A stretch of DNA of 48,031 nt, counting the filler, from Sphacelaria rigidula (taxonomy: Eukaryota): the NCBI GenBank assembly GCA_964200075.2. It is 2 parts of 2 records of this genome, joined end to end, with 100 filler letters (N's around TTAATTAATTAA, not from the genome) between each part and the next. Parts side by side here need not be neighbours in the genome. Positions count along the whole stretch, not along the records: positions 1 to 23,976 come from CAXNAA020000235.1; 1 more part is not named here. One strand, 5' to 3'. The notes below the pieces were generated by a model that was not told the DNA's origin, made no database searches, and saw nothing but the letters and a program-made list of their open reading frames with translations. This document shows, piece by piece, positions 11,201-22,856 of the stretch. Positions within the stretch are counted from its first letter, which is position 1. Every line of letters starts with the position of its first letter. The translations under genes and the position numbers were made by a program.

Positions 11201-14200
11201 TTCGAACACGTGAGAACGTGAATAGCAAAACGGATTGTTTTTGGTGAAATAGTCGACGGAGTGCAGAAGTGCTGATGGTCATGATCCAACCCACACGATA
11301 GAAAATTGCGAGGCGTGTACGAGGGGAGAGAGATTGGTTGATCCCTTGAGACCACGGACCGCGGACTCGTTTCGAGGAAAGGAAGAGGTTCAAAGTGCAG
11401 AAAAAAAAATAGAGCTCCTTAGGCAACCAAATCTGACGCCCCTTGACTGATGTGCATTCATCATTTGAACGAATACGACGAGAAGGCATATCGTAGGTGG
11501 CGTCGGGCCCGTCCAACTACTCGGAGTGCTCCTTACCTAACCGCCAGGGGCTACCATGACGTTAATGGGACGGTGTTATATCGTGACCACCAACCCATCC
11601 CGGATGAAGACAACCCGACCTAACCCTGACCCTGACTCTAACTGTAACCCCAATTTTGATTGATTGATTGTCGCACTTTAACCGACCCCCCCAGGGATCC
11701 AGCGGTGGCGACATGATAGAGGTACCCGAGAGTAAACAAGATTAAAAGACTCGCTAAAGAAAAGAAAAAAAACAGGAGAGGTAGAACACAACGACATGGT
11801 ACAAAAAGACATGAAAAGGGAAATTAATCAATAAAATGAAGAGGAAAGAAAAGAAATGGCGGGCCTTTGCCACATGGCTTCGGCAGAAAAGGTCTTGCGC
11901 AGCACCATACTCTTACCCAGTCGTAAAACGAAAGCCCGTATAAAAGGAAGAGATTGCGGCTCATCTACTACGACCGCTCTATTTAGGGTATGAAACCTCT
12001 CATCCACGAACGAACACAATGAAGTGGTCGCCCCGGTGGCTCAGCTGGTAACCTCGAAACCCTCTGGCGGTTGGGTCGTGGGTAAAATCTCAGAAAGATC
12101 TGGGATTTTTTCTCACACCATGCCCAAGAGTGGAGAGCGACTATGTCGTGAGTGCACAAAATTCGACTTAGCGGTCGACGAGGGAAAAAGGGACTGCGGA
12201 ACACCTCTCGCGATAAAAAATGAAAGGCAAGAACCGCAGAAGGATGGTGGGATACTAGAAAACAAACAAGAAGGAAATAACTCGTGTGTTGACCTTCCTC
12301 CTATGTGACCCCGGCTGGTGAGCCCACATAAACCGAAAGGTGTGGACCGGCGTCCAGAATAGATGGGACGACAACACAATAAAGCGAGGTACCACACTGC
12401 TCTGGCATACACCATACACGGGCAGGAAAAAAACACATGCATAGAGATAAAAATGTGGAAAATATGGGGAAAAGGAAGAACAGAGAAGAAGACTATGGAA
12501 GTGGTGAAGCCCAAGGGAATTCAGGGCAGCAAGGTAGACACAGGCACACACAAGAGGGCACCGCAAAGCTACCGATCAAGGACACAATCAACAATCGATA
12601 TGAGCAGACAGGATTCTTCGATTGGCGGCCCTCGACGTAGCAGCCTCTCGTTTGTGACGGAGGTCTGATTCTCGTTTGTCCTCCCGTCACCACGTGTGCT
12701 CAAACTCTTCCGCTCTTTTTTCGACTCCAATATGCCTTGCCCATGTTCTTCGCCGCAGTGACCCAATCGTATGCATCGTTGACTTTTATACTGAAGACGA
12801 ACCATTTCCGTCGTACTCCCTTGTGCGGAACAGCCCCTAGTGCACGTAGGTTCTCCTAGAGGTTTTACTCCGATCGCTTGGGGGAGCGGCTAGCCTCCTT
12901 GGGCCCTCGTGCGGTTAATCGTCCGTTCATGACGCGTTTAGGAAGGTGTACTTAAGCAGGCCGTGAACCCTCCGGCATGGGCGGACCCACACTAGAGACA
13001 GTCACAGTTCGAAGGGAGGTGTTGTAACTTCCCCCGTCCTGAGCCAATAAGGTGTATAGTCATGTACTTTCTGTGTCAGCCATATTGGTGGCGGTTTCGG
13101 CAGTCTGCTGGCACTCGGAGCTAACCATATATATGAGCAGTCAACACGTGGTGTTCGTATACGAGCTGGGCCAGCCTAAAAACGGATTGAAGCTCTAAAA
13201 GCAATATCTCTTCGACTCAGACGAGTTGGGCCGTGATCCGCATATCGTATTAATCGTCCAATCAAGGGAAAGGTGCAAATCTGCTCAAAAGTTTGGGCCC
13301 ATATTTTCTTGTTGATTAAACCCCATGTCTAGTAATTCCTATACCTAAGTGAGATAACGCCAATACCTTGCCAGTACTAAAATCTCTATGAAACTCCCGA
13401 TTGATGCATTTAGTGGATGGCGACGAATTTTGGTGTGGAGAACCACAAAAGAGTGCCGAGTAAAAAAAAAAGGGGCCTTCATTTTTTTATTTACATAGAG
13501 GTTAAAGCGTTTTTGTGAAAAAATCGTCTTCACCATAGTAGAACGCCCTAAACCAGTGAAAAAAATTGACAAAAATCAACCTGACCCCTTCTTTTTTGTA
13601 GAATATGCCTTAGAGAGCGCCCATACTAAATTTCAATACACGAAAACCAAACGTGGGCGGGTGAGTGGCCTGCAAAATACTGTTCCGAATTTCTACCGGC
13701 CCGATTTTTGATAGGCCCATGCTCTTTTATACATTTAGAGTTGGATCCTGAAATTTGGCATGGACAGTGCGTAGGGCATGAAAAACACGCTACTGAAGTG
13801 CCAAAAGTGTTTTTTTTTAGTTGAGGGTAGTAATCGGTTTTCAGGTATCAGTAAAATGACCCCAACTCATGAAAAAAAAAAACACTTTTGGTACTTCAGT
13901 ATTTTTTTTTTTAATGCCCTATGCACTGTCCATACCAAATTTCAGGGTCCAACTCTAAATGTATAATAGAGTATGGGCCTGCAAACTTCAAATCCGCCTA
14001 TCGGCTGGTCCAGCTCGTAGGGGAAACGGGATATTTTTATTTAGCGCTAGAGGGGGGTGGTGTACAAGGCACCCCGGAGATACGGATCCGGTGCCAAAGA
14101 TATCCGAATGTCGATCACAGGTAGGTGTAGTTAAGGTGCGCCGGTACACTGTGTGTCAGTGATGTACTGTACTCTCTAGCCCAACATTGTGGACTCTATT

Positions 14201-17200
14201 CTTCTCTTCTCTTTTTTGCTTGTATAGAGCCTTTTTTTCCCCAAGCACTGCTGCAGGGACCGGCCTTTTTGAGAGTGCCAGCGGTATTTCGTGATTTGTG
14301 TTGCCGCGGTAGCTTGGCTGGACAAGAAGAATCGTAGCAGCGCCATTGCGTGTTGCACCCCCCGTGAAAGTCAACGGACGAAGGTTTGTTTTTTGCTTGA
14401 TTTCTCTTGTTTGTACCGGTTCGGTTTTGTGTCAGGTTCGACCATTTTACAACCCATCCTCGGGGTGGTGGATTACGGACGCATCCAAGGCTGGCTACCA
14501 CTTGCTCAGGAAGCCAGCCAATGATACCATCGCACAAGGTAAGTATCCAGGCTGCACGATGCCACTCATCTTCCTGATTTCCGGGGTATTGACTTGACGC
14601 CTTGCACTGGAAGCACTCTGTGCGGCTCGTCACTGTCAGTATTGCAGTGTCGTAGAGTTTGCGACGATACCACTTGTCTTACTCGCAGCTGTCTTTTTCG
14701 AACTTTTTTTGTTGTTTCGCTTGTTGACAGCTCTGGGGGAACATCTGGCGCAAGCGGTGGAAGATGTGGGGAGGGGGCGGGTGTTACACATAGCACACAG
14801 CGGCGGCGCACTGATCACCTACCTTGCCGCTCAAAACCATCTCACCCGCGGGTTAGTATTGCGTTGTTGGGTATCAATCGGCGCCGTATCGATGTCATCG
14901 TTTGCCGTGTTTGTTTTTGCACAAGATTCGGCACTCGTAACAGCGACGATGTATGATGAAAACTCATAATTTCAGCATGTGACTTGACGACTTTGTCCCA
15001 TGTTTCCTTTTTTTATTTTTTGCCTCATGTGTTTTGGTCTCTTCCGGTCACACGCACGAGCAAGGAAAGTCCCTTCCAAGTAATTTCCACCTCTATCCAC
15101 GCACAGCTTGGCTTGGAACTCCAGCGTACAGTAGAGGCTGGTGATTGAAAATTTTGGCTCGATCGATATGTAGCGTGTTTGCGGTACGTTTGCCGCTACC
15201 GTAGCGCAAGCGGCGGGATTCGATTGTGTACTTCTACATACCGCATTGTCCGTGTATTATTTCCTGCTCGGTTTGCTGCGTGCGGTTAACCCTAACGGCA
15301 CAGCCAACGAGACAAGATAGACGTGCTCACGTTTGGCGGCGCCAGGAGCATCACGCGCAAATACTTCCCTGGGCGTGTCGGTGAGCGTGTTGTCTCTACG
15401 GGACCTTGGTGACAGCGACACAGATTTTTTATCGTCCTCTGGTATCGACCTCTTGTCCGGGTTCAGTGATCTGGCAGTCATAGGTCCGTGGTCAAAATAC
15501 GTGAAGGTTTTCGCAGCCTTGATCTGTCGCCTGACGCACGGAAAGGTCCGCAGCTGTGAGCTAACCCGCATGAAGTGTATCTATCCTCTTATCCAATACT
15601 GCCGTTTCTTGCTGTCCGTTTTTTTCAGTGAACTACTACGCGAGAAACGATCCGTTGGTGAGGCTTGATAGGCGAGCGGCGGAACTCATGAAGCTCACCA
15701 ACAACACCACGTTACAATCGGTCAGTTGATCACTACTGCTCAGCACTGCACTTTTTTTAATCGAGGTCTGCTCTTTTCATCTGACCCATGACGTCGCTTT
15801 CGCTGGCAATGGTGGTTACAAAAATAGAAAAATCGTGTTTCTGTGGCTTTTCGCTGAAACAGTCATCCTCCATTGCCTACAGAACACATTATCATGGCCC
15901 GTTCGTGACAATAGCTCCGGATCACCATGCCTTCCCCCCCCCCCTCCAACGCTGAGACCTCTTTTCGCTCCACTGGACTCATCTGCACCGCTTCTTGTAC
16001 AGAGCACAAGTTCATCTCACCTGGTAAGTATCTCCGCTCTTGCAGTGTTGAGTGTGCCCAGTACTTCTTCGATGAGCTCAACTTCACGTTAGCGCGTTGT
16101 ACACTCCGCTTGTTCTCCACCTGTCTTCAAAAGGGTGCTCGGTGAGCGCAAATTTCCATCTCCATTTCTATTTTCTCCGTCACTGCTGGATCTTTCCACA
16201 GCAATCTATTCTCAACTAGTTTTTGCATAATGCCAACTCGTCTCCCGCACTCACGTTCCGTGTTCGGCACTACATCACTGCCCCAACAGGTTTCCGATAA
16301 ACACGAATCGGTCTTCGTGTTTCTCGAGGGGCGAGCTAGGCAGTTCGTACTCGATCACTCCCTGGAGGGTCCTACCTACCAGCACGCTTTGAAGAAAGAA
16401 GCCCGAGGTTTGTATTTCTTTGTTGGAGACGCCGATGCTTACACCGCGGTTGTACACGGTCATGCTCCTGCGACCATTTTTGTCGCTTGCATGCTTTTGG
16501 CTTTTGATCACTGCTCGTTCTTGTACGTGTGTGACGAAACTATTTTCTTGCCTGGTGCGGACACTTTCGTTTTTCCGAGGGAAAAAGAGCGGCCTCTCCA
16601 GTGATGCACTGTATTTGCTAAGTTTGGTTGCCGCGCTCGCCGTCTTTTATTGTTCTAAAACAACATGTTGGTATTTCTCCGGGCGAGTCGCTGTCTACTT
16701 GAGCAACATCGACCATCTTGACACAATCTTCACCTTTCTTTGCGTCGTTCTTTGTTCAACTTTGCACCTTCACCCTCCCCCCTTCCACCTTGGCAGCTTT
16801 CCGGAGGGCTCACTTCGGCCCGCTGTCTCCGCTGTCGTGGGACTACGACACATCCCTGGTACGATTAGCTCGCAAGAGGTTCGCGCAGGTGTCTGGTGTC
16901 CACGGGTTCTTCTCCACAGACTACTGGAACCTCCGTTCGTGGCAGGAATCGCTGACACGACACACCGGCCTCTCTAGCCATTTCGGCATGAAGGTATATA
17001 TTAATTTACGGGGTGTAAACGTTTGTGTATGCGTGTGTATTCTTTTTAGGAGTGGGCGGTGTTTCGCTGCGTGACAGGCGTTGGGGATCGAAACCGTTTG
17101 ACCGCCGATGTCACGTGTGTGTGTGTGTGTTCGTCCATATATAATCTGTTATTGGGCGCTCACGTTGTGACAGGTTGGGGCTGTCACGTATGACAAACTA

Positions 17201-20157
17201 TTATTGTCAAAGGCCACAGTTGTGCGACAGCTCCTGGTTGGTTGTGGGTTGCTCATGGTGCATGTGAAAGGGACAAGCTGAACGCTTCCCTGATTGACGC
17301 TCCCGTGCGTTTGCAGGATCTGCGGCAGGCGTCTGTTGATGGGCACGACAGGCAGCCCGCTATGGGTGCACAAGCGGCCGGGACGCTGAAGGAGAGCTCA
17401 TGGCTCTCGTCACGCCGGGGTTGGCCATGGGAAAGGGGAACTGACGAACAGACGAACACGGACGGCGCCCACAGCTTGGCGGTGGTAGCACAAGGCGAGG
17501 CCAAGAAATGGTCCAGATGGTCGTTGGGGTGGCGCTGGTACCCTGGCAAGAGTAAGCAGGAAACGGCGGAAGGAGTTGGCTTTGGCGAGAGAGCCGACCC
17601 TGTAGTGGATGAAGCACCTTCGGAATCTCCGCGGTTGAGAAACGGGCGCTTTTGGAGCGGCTGGGGATTCCAGCCTGAGGCCGTGCCTGAACCTGGATCG
17701 GGTGTCGTGGATGGCATGGCATCAACGGCCGACGCGTCGTCTCAGGGTGAGACGGCGGGGGCGGGGGCATCAGCAGAGGATGGAAATACGGTTGAAGACG
17801 GGAATGTGCCGCCGAATGTTGACGGTAGGCCTTGGCTTTCCTTCGGCTGGAGTCCGCGGGGAGCTGCGCCTACCTCGAGCAGAGACGATCTCCAAACCGT
17901 ACCGATCGATGCGAAGCCAATGATGGTTGATAGTGAGGGTAGTGCTGGTGCGGAGCAGCAACTCGTGGGGGGAGAAGATGTAACATCAGTCGGAGAGGAG
18001 GCCCTGAAGTTCGTCCTAGAGCAAGGCAATGAACCTGGGAACGCTTGGTGGTGGTCTGGCCGCTCACGGTCGAACGTAGAACGTCCTGGTGCAGAAAAAG
18101 AAGGAGATGTTGCTGACGTCCTAGCTGAGGAAAAAGCGAGCTCTGGTGCTGGTGATGGAAAAGTTGGAGAAGCATCAACAGTGCCCCAGGAGAACGAGCG
18201 TGTTTTGGCGGGGGATCAAAATGCTGCCTCTAAATCTGGTTGGTGGTGGTCCAGCAAGTCGCAGCGAGATATGGCGCCTGCTACGATGGACGAATATGGG
18301 GTTGGTAGCAGGCAGCGTGACGAGAGGTACACGAGTTCCGTCGAAGATGATGATACAAACGCAGAAGAGGTAAACGCTACGCTCGAGGAGAACGAGGATA
18401 CCATACCCGAGAGCACACCGACCAGCCGCGAAGCTACCAGCTGGTGGTGGGCTGGCAATACGCAGCGAGAAGTAGGGAAACCCGCCGCCGGAGGCGTCAC
18501 GGATCCGACCGCCGGACAGGAGACAGGTGTTGTGAATGTCTCCGATCGGGGGATCGAGGGTGAAGCGCAGGGCGGCGGGCTATCGGATGGAATTCGCGAT
18601 GTCCCTGCGGACACGGCGGAGGAGGCTGATACCAGGCACGCAGACCACATTGGCGGACCTGTGCTCCGGAGCTGGAGGTCACTAAGTGAATACATGCGAA
18701 CAAGCAAGAACCCTGGAGAGACTGCGGATGTAGCGGCCGTGGTCAGCGAGGAGGCTGCCGTAGAGGGGGGAAATGATATGTCCTTATCGATGTTTGCAGA
18801 GGACAATGAAGGTGCCAACGAATCTGGGCTAGACACGGGAGTCAGAAGCTGGTGGTCATTAGGCAAGGACAGACGAAAAAGCAAGGACCCGGGAGAGACT
18901 GCAGATGTAGCGGCCGTGGTCGCGGGGGAAGCTGCCGTAGAGGGAGAATTCGACAAGCCGTTATCCATGCGTGAAGAAGACGGCGAAGCTGTCGAGGACT
19001 CTTATCTGCCCACCGCAGACAGGAGCTGGTGGTCACTGGGCAAGGGCATACGAACAAGCAGGGACCCGGAAGAGACTGCAGATGCCGTGGCTGTGGTCTC
19101 GGAGGAAACTGCATTAGAGGGAGAACTCGACAAGCCGTTATCGATGTTTGAAGAAGGTAGTCAAGGTGCCGAGGAATCTGATCGAGACACAGAAACCAGG
19201 AGCTGGTGGTCATTAGGCAAGGGCATGCGAACAAGCAAGAACCCGGAAGTGTCTGCGGATGTAGCGGCAGTGGTTGCGGAGGAAAGTGCCACGGAGGGAG
19301 AAACGGACAAGCTCTTATCGATGTTCGAAGAAGACGATAAAGGTGTCGAGGACTCTGATCATGACACGGAAGTAAACATGATGGATGCGGAAACTCCCCC
19401 ACGGCAACAGTCCGCCACTAGGGCTACGGTTTCATCTTGGGCTTCTTGGCGTCGGCGAGATTCTTTCCAGGGCAACCACGGAACTGCTGAGTCTTCGAAT
19501 GCTGGACCATCGACCGAGTCGATAGGCGGCGAAGAGGAAGCATTATTGAAACAAGCAACGATGGACGGAATGGTAGTAGAGGGGGAGCGTTTCACTGCGG
19601 AGGTGATTCTTGCCGATGAGTCTGCTCCGGTCGGGTTAAGGCGGCGGGACGATCAGCTTGGAGTGAAGGATGCGCTTTGGGGACAGGGATCAGGGGATAG
19701 TGGCGATAGCGATGGTGCCGACGACGCGTTTGATTCACAGGCTGCTGCGGGTAGTGGTGGCGATGAAAGAAGTCGCATGGCGATGGGCGACAGCGACGAA
19801 AAACCACTGGCGGATAACAACACCACACGACCACTCCTTCCACCGACAGGGGAGGACAATCTTATCCCTGAACCCGTTTTTGACGCAGGTTTAGCGCGAG
19901 CCGAAGGGGATGCCGAGAAGGCCAGCGAAATGCACAATATCTCCGGTGATATACCAACAGAGTCTGCGGAGTCAAAACTTGGCGATGACTCGCTTAACGC
20001 GGAGAGACTTGCCGAGATCGGAGATGAAACAGCGAAAAGTGGAGAAAAGGAGGAGGGTGATGAGGAACCGAGTCGAGCACGGCGAGATTTGTCGTCTGAT
20101 GCCGCTACCCTTGACACGATGGACACTTGCGCAGTCGCCAATATCGATGAGCGATAG
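8246..20157 (+). CDS. Signal-peptide-bearing alpha/beta-hydrolase (DUF687-like) with a long acidic, Trp-motif-rich disordered C-terminal tail; ~1269 aa, 8 exons
   Basis: Exons 8246-8506, 14436-14538, 14731-14851, 15304-15380, 15629-15720, 16290-16407, 16797-16993 and 17317-20157. All introns are GT-AG with consistent phases, and the CDS totals 3810 nt. Spliced motifs: hydrophobic N-terminus ILLALLAAAVVLRLAQG, YINGIFHS, VRPFYNPSSG, RVLHIAHSGG (nucleophile elbow), IDVLTFGGA, VNYYARNDPL, VLDHSL. The last exon corresponds to the 971-aa ORF 17242-20157. Confidence 0.85.
10770..10985 (+). repeat. Interspersed repeat with a telomere-like GGGGTTAGGATTAGGGTTAG tract; second copy at ~6770-6945
   Basis: Shared AAATCGGCGCCT...CTGCCAACGCACAC...CTTGC.CGAGGGT....GTACGCCTTGGGT.GGGGTTAGG...TCAACCAT between 6770-6945 and 10770-10985. 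Confidence 0.65.
12140..13125 (-). mobile_element. Degenerate, 5'-truncated RTE-like LINE (3' end of ORF plus 3' tail)
   Basis: The minus strand reads LPKRVMNGRLTARGPKEASRSPKRSE*NL*ENLRALGAVPHKGVRRKWFVF, resembling the C-terminal RLPK...G.R..GRP.KRW region of RTE-clade ORFs but with in-frame stops. The tail 12140-12380 is shared with 1547-1750 and 22190-22275. Confidence 0.65.
13162..14017. mobile_element. Non-autonomous Tc1/mariner-type MITE (~856 bp) with TA target-site duplication
   Basis: TA-CGAGCTGGGCCAGCC ... GGCTGGTCCAGCTCG-TA terminal inverted repeats. Internal inverted repeat at ~13730-13970. A second copy lies at ~20816-22118. Confidence 0.85.
18667..19374 (+). repeat. Coding tandem repeat, 4 x 177 bp (59 aa; RSWWSLGK...ETADVAAVV.EE.A.EGE.DKPLSM.EED)
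   Basis: Units start at 18667, 18844, 19021 and 19198, exactly 177 bp apart. Confidence 0.93.
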
Positions 20158-20815
20158 CTCTAGTTTGCCCTCTCTCATGAATACAATAATATGTTGCTGC
20201 TACTACTCTGTGGTGGTGGTGGCAAGTGCACAAGAGCGAGGAGGGCGGTAGCTTGCTTGTACAGCGGGTATATTGTGATGTCCACACGTATTTGGTGCTT
20301 CGTCCGAGGCCCCGATTTCCGGTTTATTATATATGAGAGAATGACAGCTTGCGTGAGATACGCACACACACGCACCAAGGTCACGCACGGTATGGCAGAC
20401 AACAGAAGCTTTGGGTTCAACGGGACGATGGTCATCACCCGAGGCGCCTGGTTGCTTGAGCATGCTTTGCTTGCTGTGGTGGAGGGACACGCGCGCGCAT
20501 GTTGGGGAGTCGATCAACAAGGGTCGGTCTAGGCGGACTGTATATTGTTTCTGTGTTAGCCATGTCTCTTTATTGCTGGGTGTTCCTTTTTTGACGTGAA
20601 AATGACGTGTTTTTTTTCTCTGTTTCTGCTAGTTGTTTTTGCGCGTCGCTACAGCTCTTCTGTACTCTAAGACACAGCCGAGGTTTGTTCGCTTTTTATA
20701 GATTTCAAGTATTTCCACGTGCAGGAGGGCAATGCTCTCACATGGCCATCTCTGAATCGGGCACGAGTCTTATGATACTTTCTGTAAATCGGGGAGTGCC
20801 ACATGATGGTCATGC

Positions 20816-22118
20816 ACGGATTTAAGCTCTCAAAGCAATATCTCGTCGACACGGACGAGTTGAGCCATGATCCGCATATTGTATTGATCGTCTAACCAAG
20901 GGGAAGGTGTCCATCTGCTCAAAATTTTGGGCCCATGTTTTCACGTTGATTAAAATCCATGTCTAGTAATTGTTATACCTAGGGGAGATGGCGTCCATAC
21001 TAAAATCTCTATGAAACCCCCGATCGATGTATTCAGCGGATGACGAATTTTGGTGTGGACATTCCCGGGAGCACGGGGGGACGATATATACCCTCACCTT
21101 CACCTAATTCGTGATATATCTCGAGATATGGCGCACATAAGTTTTCCATACTAAAATCAGTATATGACAAACAGATGCGCTAGATTAGCTGAACCTGGAT
21201 ATCGCGTCTCAGTTTTTGAGAGTTATGCTATAAAATTTCGCATGGAGAACCGCTCGGCTAAGGCTGGCGGGGGTCGGCAGGCACAGAGTTTTACGCGCAA
21301 ATTTTTGTTCAGCGGTCAATTTCGAACCCCGGAGCCAAGCGAATCTGAAAATCAGACTAGGCTTCTCTCTGTGGGGTAATGCAAAGTGTCCGAGACGTGT
21401 GTTGGCGATTTTCTCGGCTTGGGGGTCATGAGGTGAGTCGAATGTCATGAAAGTGAACAATCCGTGGGCCAAATATCTGTTTGCCACAACATCCGGCCTT
21501 ATCTCATTTTTTAGCTCAATTTTTAAAAGTGTAATCCGAAACTGAGCATAGAGGACCATAGAGGTATACGAAAAATAAAAAATAAATGGGCCTTCATATA
21601 TTTTTGGAGAGGTTCAGGCGTTCTCGTGAAAAAATGGTCTGTACCAGACTTGAACGCCCTAAACCAATGAAGAAAAAAACAATCTGACCCACTTTATTTT
21701 GTTGATTATGCCCTAGCCACGCCCCACACAAAGTTTCAATACACAAACACCAAACGTGGGTCGGTAAATGACCTGCAAAATACTGTTCCGAATTTATTCT
21801 GACCCTGTCACTAAACGGCTCATTATACGACCAATACCTTGGAGTTGAACCCTGAAATTTGGTGTGGACAATGAGTAGGGCATGATGAAATAATTTACCG
21901 GCGCACACAGTTTTTTTTTTCATGAGTTAGGGGTAATAATCAGTTTTCAGATATCGGTAAAATGCCCCTCACTCATAAAGAAAAAAAAACTCGTGTGCGC
22001 CAGTAATTTTTCTCATGCCCTACTCATTATCCATACCAAATTAAAGGGTCCAAGTCCAAGTAATGGCCGTATAATGGGCCTGCAAACTGCAGAATCGCTT
22101 CTCGGCTGGCCCAACTCC
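20816..22118. mobile_element. Second copy of the 13162-14017 MITE family, left terminus missing, with a ~500-bp insertion (~21061-21570)
   Basis: 20824-21060 aligns to 13190-13440 and 21580-22118 aligns to 13465-14017. Right end reads GGCTGGCCCAACTCC-TA. Confidence 0.8.
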
Positions 22119-22500
22119 TAATAAACCCTTGTCGTGATCGAAACTAAGGAAAGTGGGATGCTAAAGAATAAAATTGAAAATATGTGTCCTGTGTGTGACC
22201 CCGCCTGATGTGCCCACATATATCGAAAGGTGTAGACTGGCGTCCAGAGTAGGTGGTATGACAGCACACACACCCTGCGCCCCGGAGGTTCAACTGTACG
22301 AACTGGCATCATTAGGTTGGGGAAATTTGGGTTTTGAAGCCCGCCGAATGCGTTTTGGTATGTATTTTTTGCACAAAGTTTCTGATATCAAGTGTCTGAG
22401 TTTTGTTTTGGAAAACGTGAAAACTCGTGACTAGCAAAAACATTTTTACTTTGGCTGAGTTTTTCCTTCATGATAGGGCGCGCGGTGCGGTGCGGTAATG

Positions 22501-22856
22501 CTGGCCATGATCCAATCCGCGATACCGTAATGCAAGGTGGTATACCGGGGAAGTGCTAGTCATGATCCAATCCGCGATACCGTAATGCAAGGTGGTGTAC
22601 CGGGGACGTGTTGGTCATGATCCAATCCGCGTCATGCAAGGGGGTATACCGGGGGATTGCTGGTCATGATCCAATCCGCGTCATGCAAGGGGGTATACCG
22701 GGGGATTGCTGGTCATGATCCAATCCGCGGTAACGTAATGCAAGGGGGTATACCGGGGGAGTGCTGGTCATGATCTAATCCGCGACATCGTAATGTAAGC
22801 GGGTATGCCGGGGGAGTGCTGGTTATGATCCAGTCCGCGATACGGTAATGCAAGAT
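22501..22856 (+). repeat. Minisatellite, ~6.5 copies of a 49-55 bp unit (CTGGTCATGATCCAATCCGCG[ATACCG]TAATGCAAGGGGGTATACCGGGGGAGTG)
   Basis: Directly visible head-to-tail units starting at 22501, 22556, 22611, 22660, 22709 and onward, with no unique spacers. Confidence 0.92.

Noticed and set aside
1152..14435. First introns of the two divergent genes have nearly equal length (5938 vs 5929 bp)
   Set aside because: Their contents are different TE mosaics with no inverted symmetry, so this is probably coincidence.
17253..20141. Several long minus-strand ORFs (e.g. 18216-18968, 19653-20141)
   Set aside because: They are antisense shadows of the GC-rich 2.8-kb coding exon.
22501..22856. Regular ~50-bp repeat that could be mistaken for a CRISPR array
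   Set aside because: The units are fully tandem with no unique spacers, there are no cas genes, and the context is eukaryotic.
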